Shown piece by piece: positions 10,303 through 20,908 of a stretch of DNA of 64,000 nt. The stretch spans positions 64,001 through 128,000 of the forward strand of contig JAYZBQ010000048.1 in NCBI GenBank assembly GCA_036338695.1, read 5' to 3'. The notes beneath the pieces were generated by a model that was not told the DNA's origin, searched no databases, and was given only the letters and a program-made list of their open reading frames with translations. This DNA is from Myxococcota bacterium. Lineage in GTDB: Bacteria > Myxococcota > UBA4151. Within the stretch, counting starts at the first letter, position 1. Every line of letters begins with the position of its first letter. The position numbers and the translations under genes were made by a program.

Positions 10303-11916
10303 GTGGTTGCAGCCATCCTCTTCTTCTTGTTGCTGTTTACGCCGCTCATCTTTTTGCATGAGCTCGGGCATTACGTGGCGGCGCGCCTGTGCCGCGTGCG
10401 CGTCGAGGCCTTCTCGGTCGGCTTTGGGCGCGTCCTATGGAAAACGCAGCGCTGGGGGACCGAGTGGCGGTTATCGGCGGTCCCCTTCGGCGGCTACGTC
10501 AAGATGGCCGGCGAGAATCACCACGACGACCGCACCCCCGAACCCGACGAACTCTGGGCGAAGTCGCCGTGGCAGCGCGCCTTCATCGCCTTCGCCGGTC
10601 CGGCGGTTAACCTCGCCTTACCCGTCCTCGTCTTCACCTGGTTTTTGATGAGCGGACACAACGTCATTGCGCCCATCATCGGTGGGATCAACGCCGGCTC
10701 TGCCGCTGCCAACGCCGGCATCCAAACGGGCGATCGGATCCTGCGCATCGACGATCAAAAGATCACGGGGTGGAGCGACCTGGCCGGGTTAATCGGGCCT
10801 GCCGCAGGGCGGTCGCTGAGCATGGTCGTCGAGCGCAACGGACAGCCCGTCACCTTGACCGTGACGCCAGACACGAAAACCGTCGAGGACCCCTTGGGTG
10901 GGCTCACGCAGCGCGGCATGCTCGGGATCAGCAGCGCTGCCCAAGCGCCGTTCATTGCGCCCCGTCCAGGCGACGACCAGCTCCAGGCCTTCGACCGGGT
11001 CACCCAAGTGGACGGCAAGCCCATCCGCACGCTTCACGAGCTCAAGCTGGCGCTCACCGACGCCGACGCAGCGGAGCTGACCATCGAGCGTGACCCTCAG
11101 CGTCAGCCCGGCAAACGCTTCGTGCAGGCTAAGGCGCAGGAGCAGCGGATCTCGTGGACCCGGCCTCAAGGGGTGACCGGCTTCCCCTTTGAACCAGTCG
11201 AGTTGCTGGTTGAGGGCGTCAAAGACAACAGCCCAGCGCAGGAGGCTGGGCTGGCAGCAGGTGACCGTATCCGCGCCGTGGACGGTGTCTCGATCGCCAC
11301 CTGGGGCGAGCTCGAGCAACACCTCTTGTCCGCACCGGAACAGCGTGGCGACGTGCGCGTCGAGCGGATGAGCGGTGACGGCGTTGTGGAGCTGCTGACG
11401 ATGACCTTGAGCCTGCGCGAAGCGGAGGTGGACGGCCCCTTACGCTCGAGCCGCAAGGTCATGGACCACGGGATCCTGCGCACCTACTGGCATGCGGCGC
11501 CGAAGGTTGAGACCATCGAGCTCGGATTGGTCGGCGCAACGGTGCTCGCCACCCAGCGCTGCGCTCAGATCATTGGGACCATGGTCGAAGGCTTGCGGCG
11601 TATCCTCGTCGGGCGCGTCTCGGTCAAGCAGATCGGCGGCCCCGTCATGCTCTATGACATCGCTGCGGAGGTCTCAAAGACCAAGGACACCTTCTGGCAT
11701 TGGTTTAGCCTCTTGAGTCTGAACCTCGGGATCATGAACCTGCTCCCGGTCCCGGTGCTCGACGGCGGCTTGATCCTGCTGAGCGGTATCGAGATCCTGC
11801 GGCGCCGGCCTTTGACAGTCGCGCTGCGCGAGAAGGCGAACTATATTGGGTTGTTCTTGGTGCTTGCGCTGATGCTCACGGCGGTCGTCAACGACGTCAT
11901 GAGAGTCTTCGGCTAA
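10303..11916 (+). CDS. rseP: RIP metalloprotease RseP (site-2 protease) with multiple PDZ domains
   Basis: HELGH, FSVGFG, GGYVKM, AGPAVN and NLLPVPVLDGG. Confidence 0.95.
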   Translation: MVAAILFFLLLFTPLIFLHELGHYVAARLCRVRVEAFSVGFGRVLWKTQRWGTEWRLSAVPFGGYVKMAGENHHDDRTPEPDELWAKSPWQRAFIAFAGPAVNLALPVLVFTWFLMSGHNVIAPIIGGINAGSAAANAGIQTGDRILRIDDQKITGWSDLAGLIGPAAGRSLSMVVERNGQPVTLTVTPDTKTVEDPLGGLTQRGMLGISSAAQAPFIAPRPGDDQLQAFDRVTQVDGKPIRTLHELKLALTDADAAELTIERDPQRQPGKRFVQAKAQEQRISWTRPQGVTGFPFEPVELLVEGVKDNSPAQEAGLAAGDRIRAVDGVSIATWGELEQHLLSAPEQRGDVRVERMSGDGVVELLTMTLSLREAEVDGPLRSSRKVMDHGILRTYWHAAPKVETIELGLVGATVLATQRCAQIIGTMVEGLRRILVGRVSVKQIGGPVMLYDIAAEVSKTKDTFWHWFSLLSLNLGIMNLLPVPVLDGGLILLSGIEILRRRPLTVALREKANYIGLFLVLALMLTAVVNDVMRVFG

Positions 11917-13403
11917 TGCTCCCAGACGGCGCTGACCCTTGCGTCGACCGCCATCGGGACCTCAGGAAAAAGATCGACGCCGGCGCCGAGCATCGCCTGA
12001 ACAAGCGCTGAGCGCGCAGCCTCAGCGTGGGCTGAGTCGACCTCAACCAGCAGTTCATCGTGGACCATGTTCACGAGCGCCGGGCGACCCGCAAGGTCGG
12101 CAGCCGCACGCACAAACCGGATCGCCGCCCACTTGATCAGGTCCGCGCCGGCCCCCTGCACCGGATAGTTGAGCGCAAGCGTTGAGGACACTTTGCCCTC
12201 GTCCAATTGGAGCTGGCGACCGCTGATGGTCGCCAGCCGCCGCGTCTGACGGGCGCGACGCTGCGCCTCCTCCCGCCACTGAGCCAACCGAGGAAAGCTC
12301 TCAAAATACTTATCAAGCAGCGCGCGCGCCTCGCTGACCGGGAGCTCAAGGCTCTCAGCCAAGCGCCGAGCGCCCATCCCATAGATCAGCCCAAAATTGA
12401 TCGCCTTGGCGGCGTGGCGCAGGTGCGGCTGCTCGGTCTTGCTCACCGGCTGACCGAACAAACGGGTGGCGACGGCGCTGTGGAAATCGCCGGACAACAG
12501 CGTCTCTCGAAACACCTGGTCGCCGGACAACGACGCGACGATGCGCAGCTCGCACCCGGAGTAGTCCGCGCTGATCAGCACCCGCCCTTCCGGTGCGCGC
12601 ACACAAGGTCTCAGGACGGCAGGGATGTTTTGCAGGTTAGGATCCCCGCAGCTCATCCGGCCGGTGTGCGCGCCGAGCGGCTCGAAGTGACCAAAAATTC
12701 GGCCGCGCACCTGACGCTCGGTGTAGCGCTCATAGGTGCTCGTCAGCTTGCTCGCCTCACGCCATGCGAGCAGCGCCTGAGCAGCCGGATGCTGGACACC
12801 GCTCAGGGTGCTCTTGCTCAGGTCCTTGAGATGGAACCCCTCACTGCGGAACCAAGCTAAGAGCTTGTTGCGCTCGCCGGGCTCGATGTTTGGGTTGCCG
12901 CCAAAGTCAGTGCCTACCCGGTCGGTGAGCTGACGCCGCGCCGCCTGCGCCCGCTCATGCGCCGCCGACAAGACCTCGTCCCAAGCCCACAGATCAACGG
13001 GCAAACCTGCGGCTTGAAGCCGTTCGCACACCGGCAAAAAGGTGCTCTCGAGCCGCGCAACGCGCGCCAACCCCGCGTCTTTCAGGCGCTGACCTACCTG
13101 CGCAGCGAGCTCTAAGATGGCTTGCGGCTGGGCCGGCTCAGGCAGCTCAAACCCCTGATAACCCGCCTGCTCGATCAGGCGCTTGTAGTCTTTGAGCGCG
13201 ACACAACGGGCGGGCTTCAGCCCGAGCCGCTGCGCCTGACGTAAGGGGCGACGATCGACGACGACGCAGACCGGAACGGAATCTCCGTGGACCGCAAGCG
13301 TTTGCTCGGTCAGCGGCTCGGTCTGGGTTCCATTTGAGATCAACACGCCGCCGCGCGGGTCATCGAGCAAGACGACCGCTGAACTCAAGAGAAGATTGGA
13401 CAA
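11913..13403 (-). CDS. Family A DNA polymerase, polymerase domain only (about 496 aa)
   Basis: TGRMSC..PNLQNIP, motif A ADYSGCELR, motif B R..AKAINFGLIYG, NYPVQG and motif C VHDEL. TTG start at 13403 after GGGAG is tentative. Confidence 0.88.
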   Translation of the reverse strand: MSNLLLSSAVVLLDDPRGGVLISNGTQTEPLTEQTLAVHGDSVPVCVVVDRRPLRQAQRLGLKPARCVALKDYKRLIEQAGYQGFELPEPAQPQAILELAAQVGQRLKDAGLARVARLESTFLPVCERLQAAGLPVDLWAWDEVLSAAHERAQAARRQLTDRVGTDFGGNPNIEPGERNKLLAWFRSEGFHLKDLSKSTLSGVQHPAAQALLAWREASKLTSTYERYTERQVRGRIFGHFEPLGAHTGRMSCGDPNLQNIPAVLRPCVRAPEGRVLISADYSGCELRIVASLSGDQVFRETLLSGDFHSAVATRLFGQPVSKTEQPHLRHAAKAINFGLIYGMGARRLAESLELPVSEARALLDKYFESFPRLAQWREEAQRRARQTRRLATISGRQLQLDEGKVSSTLALNYPVQGAGADLIKWAAIRFVRAAADLAGRPALVNMVHDELLVEVDSAHAEAARSALVQAMLGAGVDLFPEVPMAVDARVSAVWEH

Positions 13404-13457
13404 GCTGAGACTCCCATGGCCAGAGTGCACCGCATCGCAGCGCATGGCGAGGATTTG

Positions 13458-14780
13458 ATGAGCGATCGTATCGCATTAGTGGAAGATGACCCGGGCGGAC
13501 GCAAGGTCGCTTCGGCGATGCTTAGCCGTGCCGGGATGGAGGTCATCGCCTTCGCCAGCGCAGAAGACTTCTTGCGCGTGCGGCCAGCGGTCTCCGTCGT
13601 CCTGACCGACCTGATGATGCCGGGCATCGATGGCCTGGAGCTGATGCGCCAGCTCAAATCAAACCAAGGTGATGACGTCGAGGTCGTCCTGATCACGGCC
13701 TTCGCGACGGCGGACGTCGCCGCCCAAGCCATGGCGCAAGGCGCCTTTCACTTCCTGACCAAGCCGCTCGACCCACAGCTCTTGGTCGAGACCGCGCGCC
13801 GTGCGGCCGAACGCGTCCGCCTGAGAAGCCGCGTGGCGCGCCTTGAGGATCGGCTAGCGACCTATGAGAGCCAGGAGATCATCGGCGCCTCGAAAGCGAT
13901 CGGAGACCTTCGAGAGCAGCTCGCGCGGCTGGCTCAAGCAGAGCTCCCGGTGCTGATCACAGGCGCATCGGGGTCGGGCAAAGAGCTCGCTGCGCGCGCC
14001 CTTCACCTCGGCAGCGCGCGGCGGGACGAACCCTTCGTCGCAGTCAACTGCGCAGCGCTCCCCGCCAACCTTCTCGAGTCGGAGCTCTTCGGTCACCTGC
14101 GCGGCGCCTTCACCGGCGCCGACGCGCGCCGAAAGGGTCGCTTCCTCGAGGCGCATGGCGGTACCTTGTTCTTGGATGAGATCGGCGAGATGCCGATGGC
14201 GCTGCAAGCCAAACTGCTGCGGGTGCTTGAGCGCGGCGAGGTCACCCCACTCGGCGCCGACAAACCGACCCAAGTCGACGTCCGACTCGTCGCCGCAACC
14301 AACCAAGAGCAGCTCAGCTCGGTGTTGCGTGACGACCTGTATTACCGACTAGCAGGCGCACGCGTCGACGTACCCAGCCTGGCGCAGCGGCGCGACGACG
14401 TCCCGATTCTTGCGGCGCACTTTCTGGCTCGGCATGGGCTCAGAGCACCTAAGCTGGGCTCCAAGGCGCTGGAGGCGCTGCAAAACTACGACTGGCCCGG
14501 TAACGTGCGCGAGCTGGCGCACACCTGCGACCGCCTCGCAGCGCTGTACCCAGGCGCCGACCTCGAGACGCTCCCCGAATCGCTCGATGCCCAAACGAGC
14601 CCGGCTCAGGCTGGGCTGATCATCGACCCGAACTGGACACTCGAAGCGATCGAAGCGCGCGTCATCGACTGGACCCTCGAGCGCTTTGACGGCAACCGAC
14701 AAGCGACCGCCAAACACCTCGGGATCGGGGTGCGCACCCTCTATCGCCGCCTCAAGGACGATCCACCGACAGCGCGCTAA
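13458..14780 (+). CDS. Sigma-54-dependent response regulator (NtrC family)
   Basis: Receiver domain (EDD, TDLMMP), Walker A GASGSGKE, GAFTGA, WPGNVREL and Fis-type HTH. Confidence 0.95.
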   Translation: MSDRIALVEDDPGGRKVASAMLSRAGMEVIAFASAEDFLRVRPAVSVVLTDLMMPGIDGLELMRQLKSNQGDDVEVVLITAFATADVAAQAMAQGAFHFLTKPLDPQLLVETARRAAERVRLRSRVARLEDRLATYESQEIIGASKAIGDLREQLARLAQAELPVLITGASGSGKELAARALHLGSARRDEPFVAVNCAALPANLLESELFGHLRGAFTGADARRKGRFLEAHGGTLFLDEIGEMPMALQAKLLRVLERGEVTPLGADKPTQVDVRLVAATNQEQLSSVLRDDLYYRLAGARVDVPSLAQRRDDVPILAAHFLARHGLRAPKLGSKALEALQNYDWPGNVRELAHTCDRLAALYPGADLETLPESLDAQTSPAQAGLIIDPNWTLEAIEARVIDWTLERFDGNRQATAKHLGIGVRTLYRRLKDDPPTAR

Positions 14781-17601
14781 ACGTCCTGAGGGCCGAGGCG
14801 CGCTGCCGCCCCATCGTGTTGTAGAGGTCGCTGCCCCAGCACCAGACGCTGCCGTCGCTGCGCCGAGCGCAGCTGTGGGTCGCGCCAACCGTGACCTCGA
14901 CGACCTCATCGAGCGCTGAGACAGAAACAGGGCTCAAGCGGTTGTTGGCGCCTCCGTCGCCGCAGTTCCCCAGATCATTGCGCCCCCAACACCTCACCTC
15001 GCCGCCCTCAAGGACAGCGCAGCTGTTGAACTCACCCACGGCGATCGAGGTCGCCGACTCGACCGACTCCACGGGGACGGGTCGACGGCGTGACGAGTTG
15101 GTGCCATCGCCGAGCTGTCCGTAGCCGTTATGCCCCCAACAAAAGACCCGGCCATCATCGCCGAGCGCGCAGTGGTGATAACGGCCTGAGCCGATCGCGA
15201 CCATGCCCGACAGATCTGCGACGGGACCCGCCTGCCAGCGCGAGCGAACCTGACCGTCGCCTAGCTCACCGAGGCTGTTGTTCCCCCAACAGCTGACGCT
15301 CCCGTCGTCGTGCAACGCACAGCTCGAGCGCTGCCCACCGTCAATTGCGACCACATCTGTGAGTGCGCGCACTGGCGTCGGCGTCTGACGCCGCGTGTTC
15401 GTGCCATCGCCGAGCTGTCCCCAGACGTTGTAACCCCAGCAAACAGCGGTGGCCGAGTCGGTCAGTGCGCAGCTGTAATCACGACCAAAACCCATGGCAC
15501 GCAGCGGGGTCAAGGCCGGGACGCTCACGGCTCGGTCGCGGCTCGTAAGGGTCCCGTCACCGAATTGACTGTTGTTGTTCAGCCCCCAACAGGACACGCC
15601 GCCTGCCTCATCTTTGGCGCAGGTGTGATACCCACCCGCCGCCAAGCGCGTGACGCGGCGCTCCAAGCCCACCACAGAGCGGGGCTCACCCACGCCCAGA
15701 CTCAGGGCGCCGAGCGTCCCGTAGTAGTTCCTCCCCCAGCAGCTGACCGCGCCCTGCGCGTCTAAGCTGCAGGTGTGAATCAACGACGCCACCACCTGGA
15801 CTGCGTCGCGCACACCCGCGACCGGTTCGGCGGTCTGCCCGATGCCAGCACGCCCATCGCCCGCCGCCTCACCATAGACGTCAAGCCCCCAACACAACCT
15901 CGACCCGCTCTCCGTCTCAACGCAGCTGTGGTCATAGGCGACATCGAGCGCAGCGACCCCGGCGATACCGTGACTCAAGACCGGGACTAAGCGGCTTGCG
16001 CGCGACCCGTCACCGAGCTGCGCAAAATGATTGAGCCCCCAGCAGTAGACAGCGCCCTCTCGGCTCCGTGCGCAGGTGTGATGATTCCCGGCGGAGACCT
16101 CCTCCATCTCCGGTAATCCAGCGACCCGAACAGGGCTCCTGCGGTTCCCCGTGGTGCCATGCCCGAGCTTACCGTGCAGGCCAGCGCCCCAGCACCAGAC
16201 GGCGCCCTCTTCGGTCACGGCGCAGGTGTGCTGCGCCCCCGCCGTGAGGCTGACGACCCCGTTCAGACCGACCACGTCCACGGCGGCGCGGGCGCTCCGA
16301 CCTCGGTTATCACCCAGCTGCCCCTCGTTGCCCCGCCCCCAGCAGCGGACCGTTCGGTCTTGCTGGAGCACGCAGCTGTGTTCGCCGCCCAGCGCCAGCT
16401 CGTCGACCTGATCGATCCCGTGCACCGGCACCGGCCAGACCATGTAGGCGTTGCCCGAGGCGGGGTCGCCGAGCTGACCAAAGTTGTTGTGCCCCCAGCA
16501 CAAGGCGTTCCCATTCGCCATGGTCGCGCAGGTGTGCTGTGCGCCACAAAACAGCCCCTGCGCGCCCTCCGGCAGCAGGACCTGTTGCGGCTGAGGCTGC
16601 TCGTCGTTTCGACCCATCCCAAGTTGTCCGACGTGGTTCCGTCCAAAGCAAAACACCTCGCCATCGGACTCGAGCGCGCAGGTGTGGGTCATCCCGGCGC
16701 AAAACTGCGTCACCGCCCCCAAGCGCTCGACCTCTTGCGGCGCCGCTGCGCGCGCCATCGGCCCCACACCGAGCTGGCCGTAACCGCCCGAACCCCAACA
16801 GGCTAAACGCCCCTCAGCGTCCAATCGGCAGGCATGGTGTAACCCCGCATCGACGCGACCAGGGGCCGCCTCGACCTGGCAGCTGGCCCCGCAACCATCT
16901 CCAGGCAGCGTGTTGCCGTCATCGCACGCCTCTTCTCCGTCCTGGACAAACCCGTCGCCGCACGCCGCGAGGGTACAATCGATCAAGCAACCATCGAGCT
17001 GTGACGTGTTGCCGTCATCACAAGCCTCCGCGCCTTCTTGAACGACACCATCGCCGCAACGAGCGAGCGCACAAGCGTTGGTGCAGGCGTCGCCGTCGGC
17101 GCCGTTGCCGTCATCACAGGCTTCAACGCCGTCCTGAACATAACCGTCACCGCAAGACGCGATTAGACAACCACCGACGCAAGCGTCTGCGTTGCTGTCG
17201 TTGCCGTCGTCGCAGGCTTCGACGCCCTCTTGCACCACACCGTCACCGCAGCGAGCCGGCGCACAGGCGTTGGTGCAAGCGTCGGTGTCGACCCGGTTGC
17301 CGTCATCGCAGGCTTCGCTGAGCTGCAACGAGCCGTCCCCGCAGGAGGCCAGGGCGCACGTGCTCAGGCACGCGTCGGTCTCGACGGCGTTGCCGTCGTC
17401 GCAAGCCTCGCCTGCTTGGACCACACCGTCACCGCAGGCGGGCAGCTGACAGGCGTTGCTGCAGCCGTCATCTGCGACCAAGTTGCCGTCATCGCACGCC
17501 TCGCCTGAGTCGACGACGCCGTTGCCACAAAGCAGCGCTGCGCTGGGCTCTGCGCAGCTCATCACGCCAGCAACAACCCACAAAAAACCAACCTGACGCA
17601 T
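14752..17601 (-). CDS. Lipoprotein with 7 myxobacterial Cys-rich (DUF4215-like) repeats and 14 RCC1 repeats
   Basis: Lipobox VMSC. I counted 7 CG(D/N)G...EACDDGN repeats and 14 C.....G.V.CWG repeats in the translation. Confidence 0.88.
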   Translation of the reverse strand: MRQVGFLWVVAGVMSCAEPSAALLCGNGVVDSGEACDDGNLVADDGCSNACQLPACGDGVVQAGEACDDGNAVETDACLSTCALASCGDGSLQLSEACDDGNRVDTDACTNACAPARCGDGVVQEGVEACDDGNDSNADACVGGCLIASCGDGYVQDGVEACDDGNGADGDACTNACALARCGDGVVQEGAEACDDGNTSQLDGCLIDCTLAACGDGFVQDGEEACDDGNTLPGDGCGASCQVEAAPGRVDAGLHHACRLDAEGRLACWGSGGYGQLGVGPMARAAAPQEVERLGAVTQFCAGMTHTCALESDGEVFCFGRNHVGQLGMGRNDEQPQPQQVLLPEGAQGLFCGAQHTCATMANGNALCWGHNNFGQLGDPASGNAYMVWPVPVHGIDQVDELALGGEHSCVLQQDRTVRCWGRGNEGQLGDNRGRSARAAVDVVGLNGVVSLTAGAQHTCAVTEEGAVWCWGAGLHGKLGHGTTGNRRSPVRVAGLPEMEEVSAGNHHTCARSREGAVYCWGLNHFAQLGDGSRASRLVPVLSHGIAGVAALDVAYDHSCVETESGSRLCWGLDVYGEAAGDGRAGIGQTAEPVAGVRDAVQVVASLIHTCSLDAQGAVSCWGRNYYGTLGALSLGVGEPRSVVGLERRVTRLAAGGYHTCAKDEAGGVSCWGLNNNSQFGDGTLTSRDRAVSVPALTPLRAMGFGRDYSCALTDSATAVCWGYNVWGQLGDGTNTRRQTPTPVRALTDVVAIDGGQRSSCALHDDGSVSCWGNNSLGELGDGQVRSRWQAGPVADLSGMVAIGSGRYHHCALGDDGRVFCWGHNGYGQLGDGTNSSRRRPVPVESVESATSIAVGEFNSCAVLEGGEVRCWGRNDLGNCGDGGANNRLSPVSVSALDEVVEVTVGATHSCARRSDGSVWCWGSDLYNTMGRQRASALRTFSALSVDRP

Positions 17602-17667
17602 CGACAACCTCACCTTCGAACTCAAGCAATTGACATCAAGGCGATCCAGCGATCAAGGCGCGCCCGC

Positions 17668-19272
17668 TCAGCCCCCGAGCAGCGGCGCGAAGAAGTCGTT
17701 CCCCTTGTCGTCAACGATGATAAAGGCCGGGAAGTCCTTGACCGTGATCCGGTGGACGGCCTCCATACCGAGCTCGGGCATGTCGATCACCTCGATCTTC
17801 GTAATGCAGTCCGCGCCAAGGCGCGCGGCCGGTCCACCGATCGAGCCCAGATAGAACCCGCCGTGCTCTTGGCAGCTCTGCGTCACCTGCTCGCTGCGGT
17901 TGCCTTTCGCCAAGGTCACCAGCGAGCCGCCCAGAGGCTGAAACAGCGGGACATAAGGATCCATCCGCTGCGCCGTCGTCGGACCAAAACTGCCCGAGGG
18001 CAGCCCCTCAGGGGTCTTAGCCGGACCGGCGTAGTAGATCACGGAATCCGCGAAGTAATCCGGCATGGGCTCGCCGGCTTGGAGGCGCTCACGGATGCGC
18101 GCATGAGCGATGTCGCGCGCCACCGTGATCTGACCGCTGAGCAACAGCCCCGTCCCTACTGGGTGCTGCGTGAGGGCGGCGCGCACGGCGCTGAGCCCCT
18201 GGTCGAGGTCGATCGGGACCATCGACTCGGAGACCTCGCCCTCAGCCCAGAGCCGCTCAGGGTGCCGCTCAAGCTCTTCGAGAAACACCCCGTGGCGGTT
18301 GATCTTGGCTTTGATCTGACGATCTGCCGAGCAGCTCACGCCCAGGCCAACCGGGCACGACGCCCCGTGTCGAGGCAGACGGATGACGCGCGCTTGATGC
18401 GCAAAATACTTGCCGCCGAACTGAGCGCCGATCCCTGTCTTTTGCGCCAACTCGAGGACGCGCGCCTCCCACTCGAGATCACGAAAGGCGCGCCCGCTCT
18501 CGTCGCCGCTCGTCGGCAGCTCATCGAGGTAACGCGTCGACGCCAGCTTGACCATCTTGAGGTTCTGTTCGGCGCTGGTGCCACCGATGACGAGGCTGAG
18601 GTAGTAGGGCGGGCAAGCCGCCGTCCCGAGCCCTTTGATCTTCTCCTCGATAAACGCGGTCAGGTCGGCCTCGTTGAGCAGGCTCTTCGTCTTTTGGTAG
18701 AGGTAGGTTTTGTTCGCCGAGCCGCCCCCTTTCGCCATGAACAAAAAGCGGTACTCGTCGCCCTCCGTGGCGGCGAGGTCGATCTGCGCCGGCAGGTTGG
18801 TGCCCGTATTTTTCTCACGAAACATCGACAAGGGCGCGAGCTGAGAATAGCGCAGGTTGTGCTCGGCGTAAGTGCGCTCAACCCCCGCCGAAAGGGCCGC
18901 CTCGTCGCCGCCGCCTGTCCACACGCGATCGCCCTTTTTACCCATCACGATGGCGGTCCCGGTGTCTTGACAGCTCGGCAGGACGCCGCGCGCCGCGATG
19001 GTTGCGTTCTTGAGCAGCTCACGCGCCACGAAGCGGTCGTTGTCGCTCGCCTCGGGGTCCTTGAGGATATCGGCGAGGCTGCGAAGGTGCGCCGGCCGAA
19101 GCAGATGCGAGACGTCCTTCATCGCCTCTTGAGCGAGCAGCGTCAGCGCCGCCGGGTCGACCTTGAGGATGGTCTGCCCATCAAAGGAGTCCTCCTCAAC
19201 GAAGTCACCGTCGAGGCGGCGGTACGGGGTGTCGTCAGCCCCTAATCGAATCATCGGTTGATAACTGCTCAT
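17668..19272 (-). CDS. fumA: Class I (Fe-S) fumarate hydratase
   Basis: [31 protein letters not shown] and GPTTAQRMD. Confidence 0.95.
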   Translation of the reverse strand: MSSYQPMIRLGADDTPYRRLDGDFVEEDSFDGQTILKVDPAALTLLAQEAMKDVSHLLRPAHLRSLADILKDPEASDNDRFVARELLKNATIAARGVLPSCQDTGTAIVMGKKGDRVWTGGGDEAALSAGVERTYAEHNLRYSQLAPLSMFREKNTGTNLPAQIDLAATEGDEYRFLFMAKGGGSANKTYLYQKTKSLLNEADLTAFIEEKIKGLGTAACPPYYLSLVIGGTSAEQNLKMVKLASTRYLDELPTSGDESGRAFRDLEWEARVLELAQKTGIGAQFGGKYFAHQARVIRLPRHGASCPVGLGVSCSADRQIKAKINRHGVFLEELERHPERLWAEGEVSESMVPIDLDQGLSAVRAALTQHPVGTGLLLSGQITVARDIAHARIRERLQAGEPMPDYFADSVIYYAGPAKTPEGLPSGSFGPTTAQRMDPYVPLFQPLGGSLVTLAKGNRSEQVTQSCQEHGGFYLGSIGGPAARLGADCITKIEVIDMPELGMEAVHRITVKDFPAFIIVDDKGNDFFAPLLGG

Positions 19273-19273
19273 C

Positions 19274-19813
19274 TCACTCCCACAAGCCACGCCGGTTTTG
19301 GCGCGCTGTATCTTCAGCGTTCAAATAGTCACCGAGCCGGTCGAAGAGCTCATTGTTAAAGCGATAGACCCGCGCCAAGCCCTCCTCGAGGAGCTCTTCA
19401 CCGAGATCGCCGCCATCGGTGAGCCGGATGTAACCGAGCATTCGGCAGTAGCGATCATAGCACGCTTGCCCATCGACGCCTTGCGTGCACGTACCGAACG
19501 GGTCGGTGCACAGCGAGTCCCACTCCAGCCCGACCTGCAGCCCGGCGCGCCGGACCGCGTAGTCGACCGCCTCTTGGGCGAAGGGCTCGGGCGCTTGCGC
19601 CAAGTCGAAATTCATCTCCGGCGTGTTGATCCCCTTGAGGCGGACCCGAAAAATCTGCCCTTGGCGACGCACTTGCAGGGTGTCGCCGTCGATCACTTGC
19701 TCCACCGTCACCGGCTCTGAAAGCACCACACGCGCCCCCGCATCCGTGGCGGGATCCGGCTCAGGCAGCGGGCCGCATCCAAGCAGCAATGTGATGATCC
19801 CGACACAACGCAT
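19274..19813 (-). CDS. Thermonuclease (SNase-like) lipoprotein
   Basis: Lipobox [32 protein letters not shown] and AR..RRGLW. Confidence 0.88.
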   Translation of the reverse strand: MRCVGIITLLLGCGPLPEPDPATDAGARVVLSEPVTVEQVIDGDTLQVRRQGQIFRVRLKGINTPEMNFDLAQAPEPFAQEAVDYAVRRAGLQVGLEWDSLCTDPFGTCTQGVDGQACYDRYCRMLGYIRLTDGGDLGEELLEEGLARVYRFNNELFDRLGDYLNAEDTARQNRRGLWE

Positions 19814-19966
19814 GATCGATCCCCTTGTGCTCCTAGAAAGCGCCTGCACCGATGCGCTCAAGCTGTAAAGTACCCCCGTCAAAACGCTGACCAAGCGGGC
19901 CTTGCACCGGCGTCACTTCGCTCCTAAACAGCCGCCACCGTTTCGTGGGAAATCGGGAGTCTAGCC

Positions 19967-20908
19967 GTGTTGCGTCTCATCCTTGTGCTCAGCGTCCACT
20001 CTATAGCGTATCAGGCGCTTGCAAGCGAACCGCGCACGAAAGTCGTGGTCAACGGGTTGATGTCGCCCGTTTACTTCAACGACGGCGACACGTTCCGAGT
20101 CCTGTCCGGTCAGCTCAGCGGCACCAAGGCGCGCCTCGAGGGCTTTAACACCTTGGAGTCGTTCGGTCCGGTGCACCAATGGGGCGACTGGAGCTTTCGT
20201 GAGCTCTACGTCAACGCCAAGGCGGCGACTCTCCATGCGCGCCGCGGGATCTGGCGCTGCTCCTGGGATCAACGCGTCGACGGCTACGGGCGAGGGCTCT
20301 TCAAATGCCCCGAGCTCGCCATCCACATGATCCGGGCGGGCATGGCGCACGCCATGACCGTCACCGCCGAGCCGTCGCCCGAGGCGTACCTTGAGGTCCA
20401 GCGAGACGCGATGAAAAACCGGCGCGGCATGTGGGCAGGCGGCGTCCCCAAATACGTCCTCACCTCACTCCACTCGGTGGATGAAAAACCGAACCAAAAC
20501 TGGGCTTACAACCGCCTGGTCTCCACCCACGATGGGCACTCTGAGCGCTGGATTCATGGCGAGACCTATGGGGAATGCGATAAGGTCTGCGTCCAAGAAG
20601 TCGAGCTCGACAGCCAGGTCCTGCGAGAGGCGAAGCAACGGCTCGACTCGGTCGACGAGCTCACGACCTGGCGCACCTTACCGGCGCGCAAGCAGGTCGA
20701 AGTGCTCGAGATCTGGCTGATGATCGAGACGGTCTCGGCGCATATCCCCAAAGCGGAGCGTGACCTGATGCGCCAATCGTTGACCCAACTGGTGGACACC
20801 GGCTTGCTCGTCGCCACAAAATCGGCTCAGGGTGGCTGCATGATCTACACCGATTACCGACGGCGGTTCGGCGGCGGCAAGGCGAGCTGCTTGAAGCTGG
20901 CGCGATGA
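19967..20908 (+). CDS. Secreted thermonuclease-family protein with C-terminal extension
   Basis: Signal peptide, NDGDTF, RLEGFNTLE, DGYGR and A..NRRGMW. Confidence 0.82.
   Translation: MLRLILVLSVHSIAYQALASEPRTKVVVNGLMSPVYFNDGDTFRVLSGQLSGTKARLEGFNTLESFGPVHQWGDWSFRELYVNAKAATLHARRGIWRCSWDQRVDGYGRGLFKCPELAIHMIRAGMAHAMTVTAEPSPEAYLEVQRDAMKNRRGMWAGGVPKYVLTSLHSVDEKPNQNWAYNRLVSTHDGHSERWIHGETYGECDKVCVQEVELDSQVLREAKQRLDSVDELTTWRTLPARKQVEVLEIWLMIETVSAHIPKAERDLMRQSLTQLVDTGLLVATKSAQGGCMIYTDYRRRFGGGKASCLKLAR

Noticed and set aside
11913..13403. Prophage or mobile element suggested by the stand-alone polymerase
   Set aside because: No integrase, structural genes, att-like repeats or evident compositional shift.
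16880..17530. Repeated DNA (gttgccgtcatcgca...) suggesting a CRISPR or tandem array; similar repeats at 21000-22260
   Set aside because: The repeats are degenerate, in frame and explained by protein Cys-rich repeats. There is no repeat-spacer structure and no cas gene.
17752..19245. 497-aa + strand ORF, and the many similar long antisense or alternate-frame ORFs (e.g. 47528-48955, 44084-45283, 62164-63417)
   Set aside because: These are shadow ORFs opposite well-supported genes in high-GC DNA and have no recognisable motifs.
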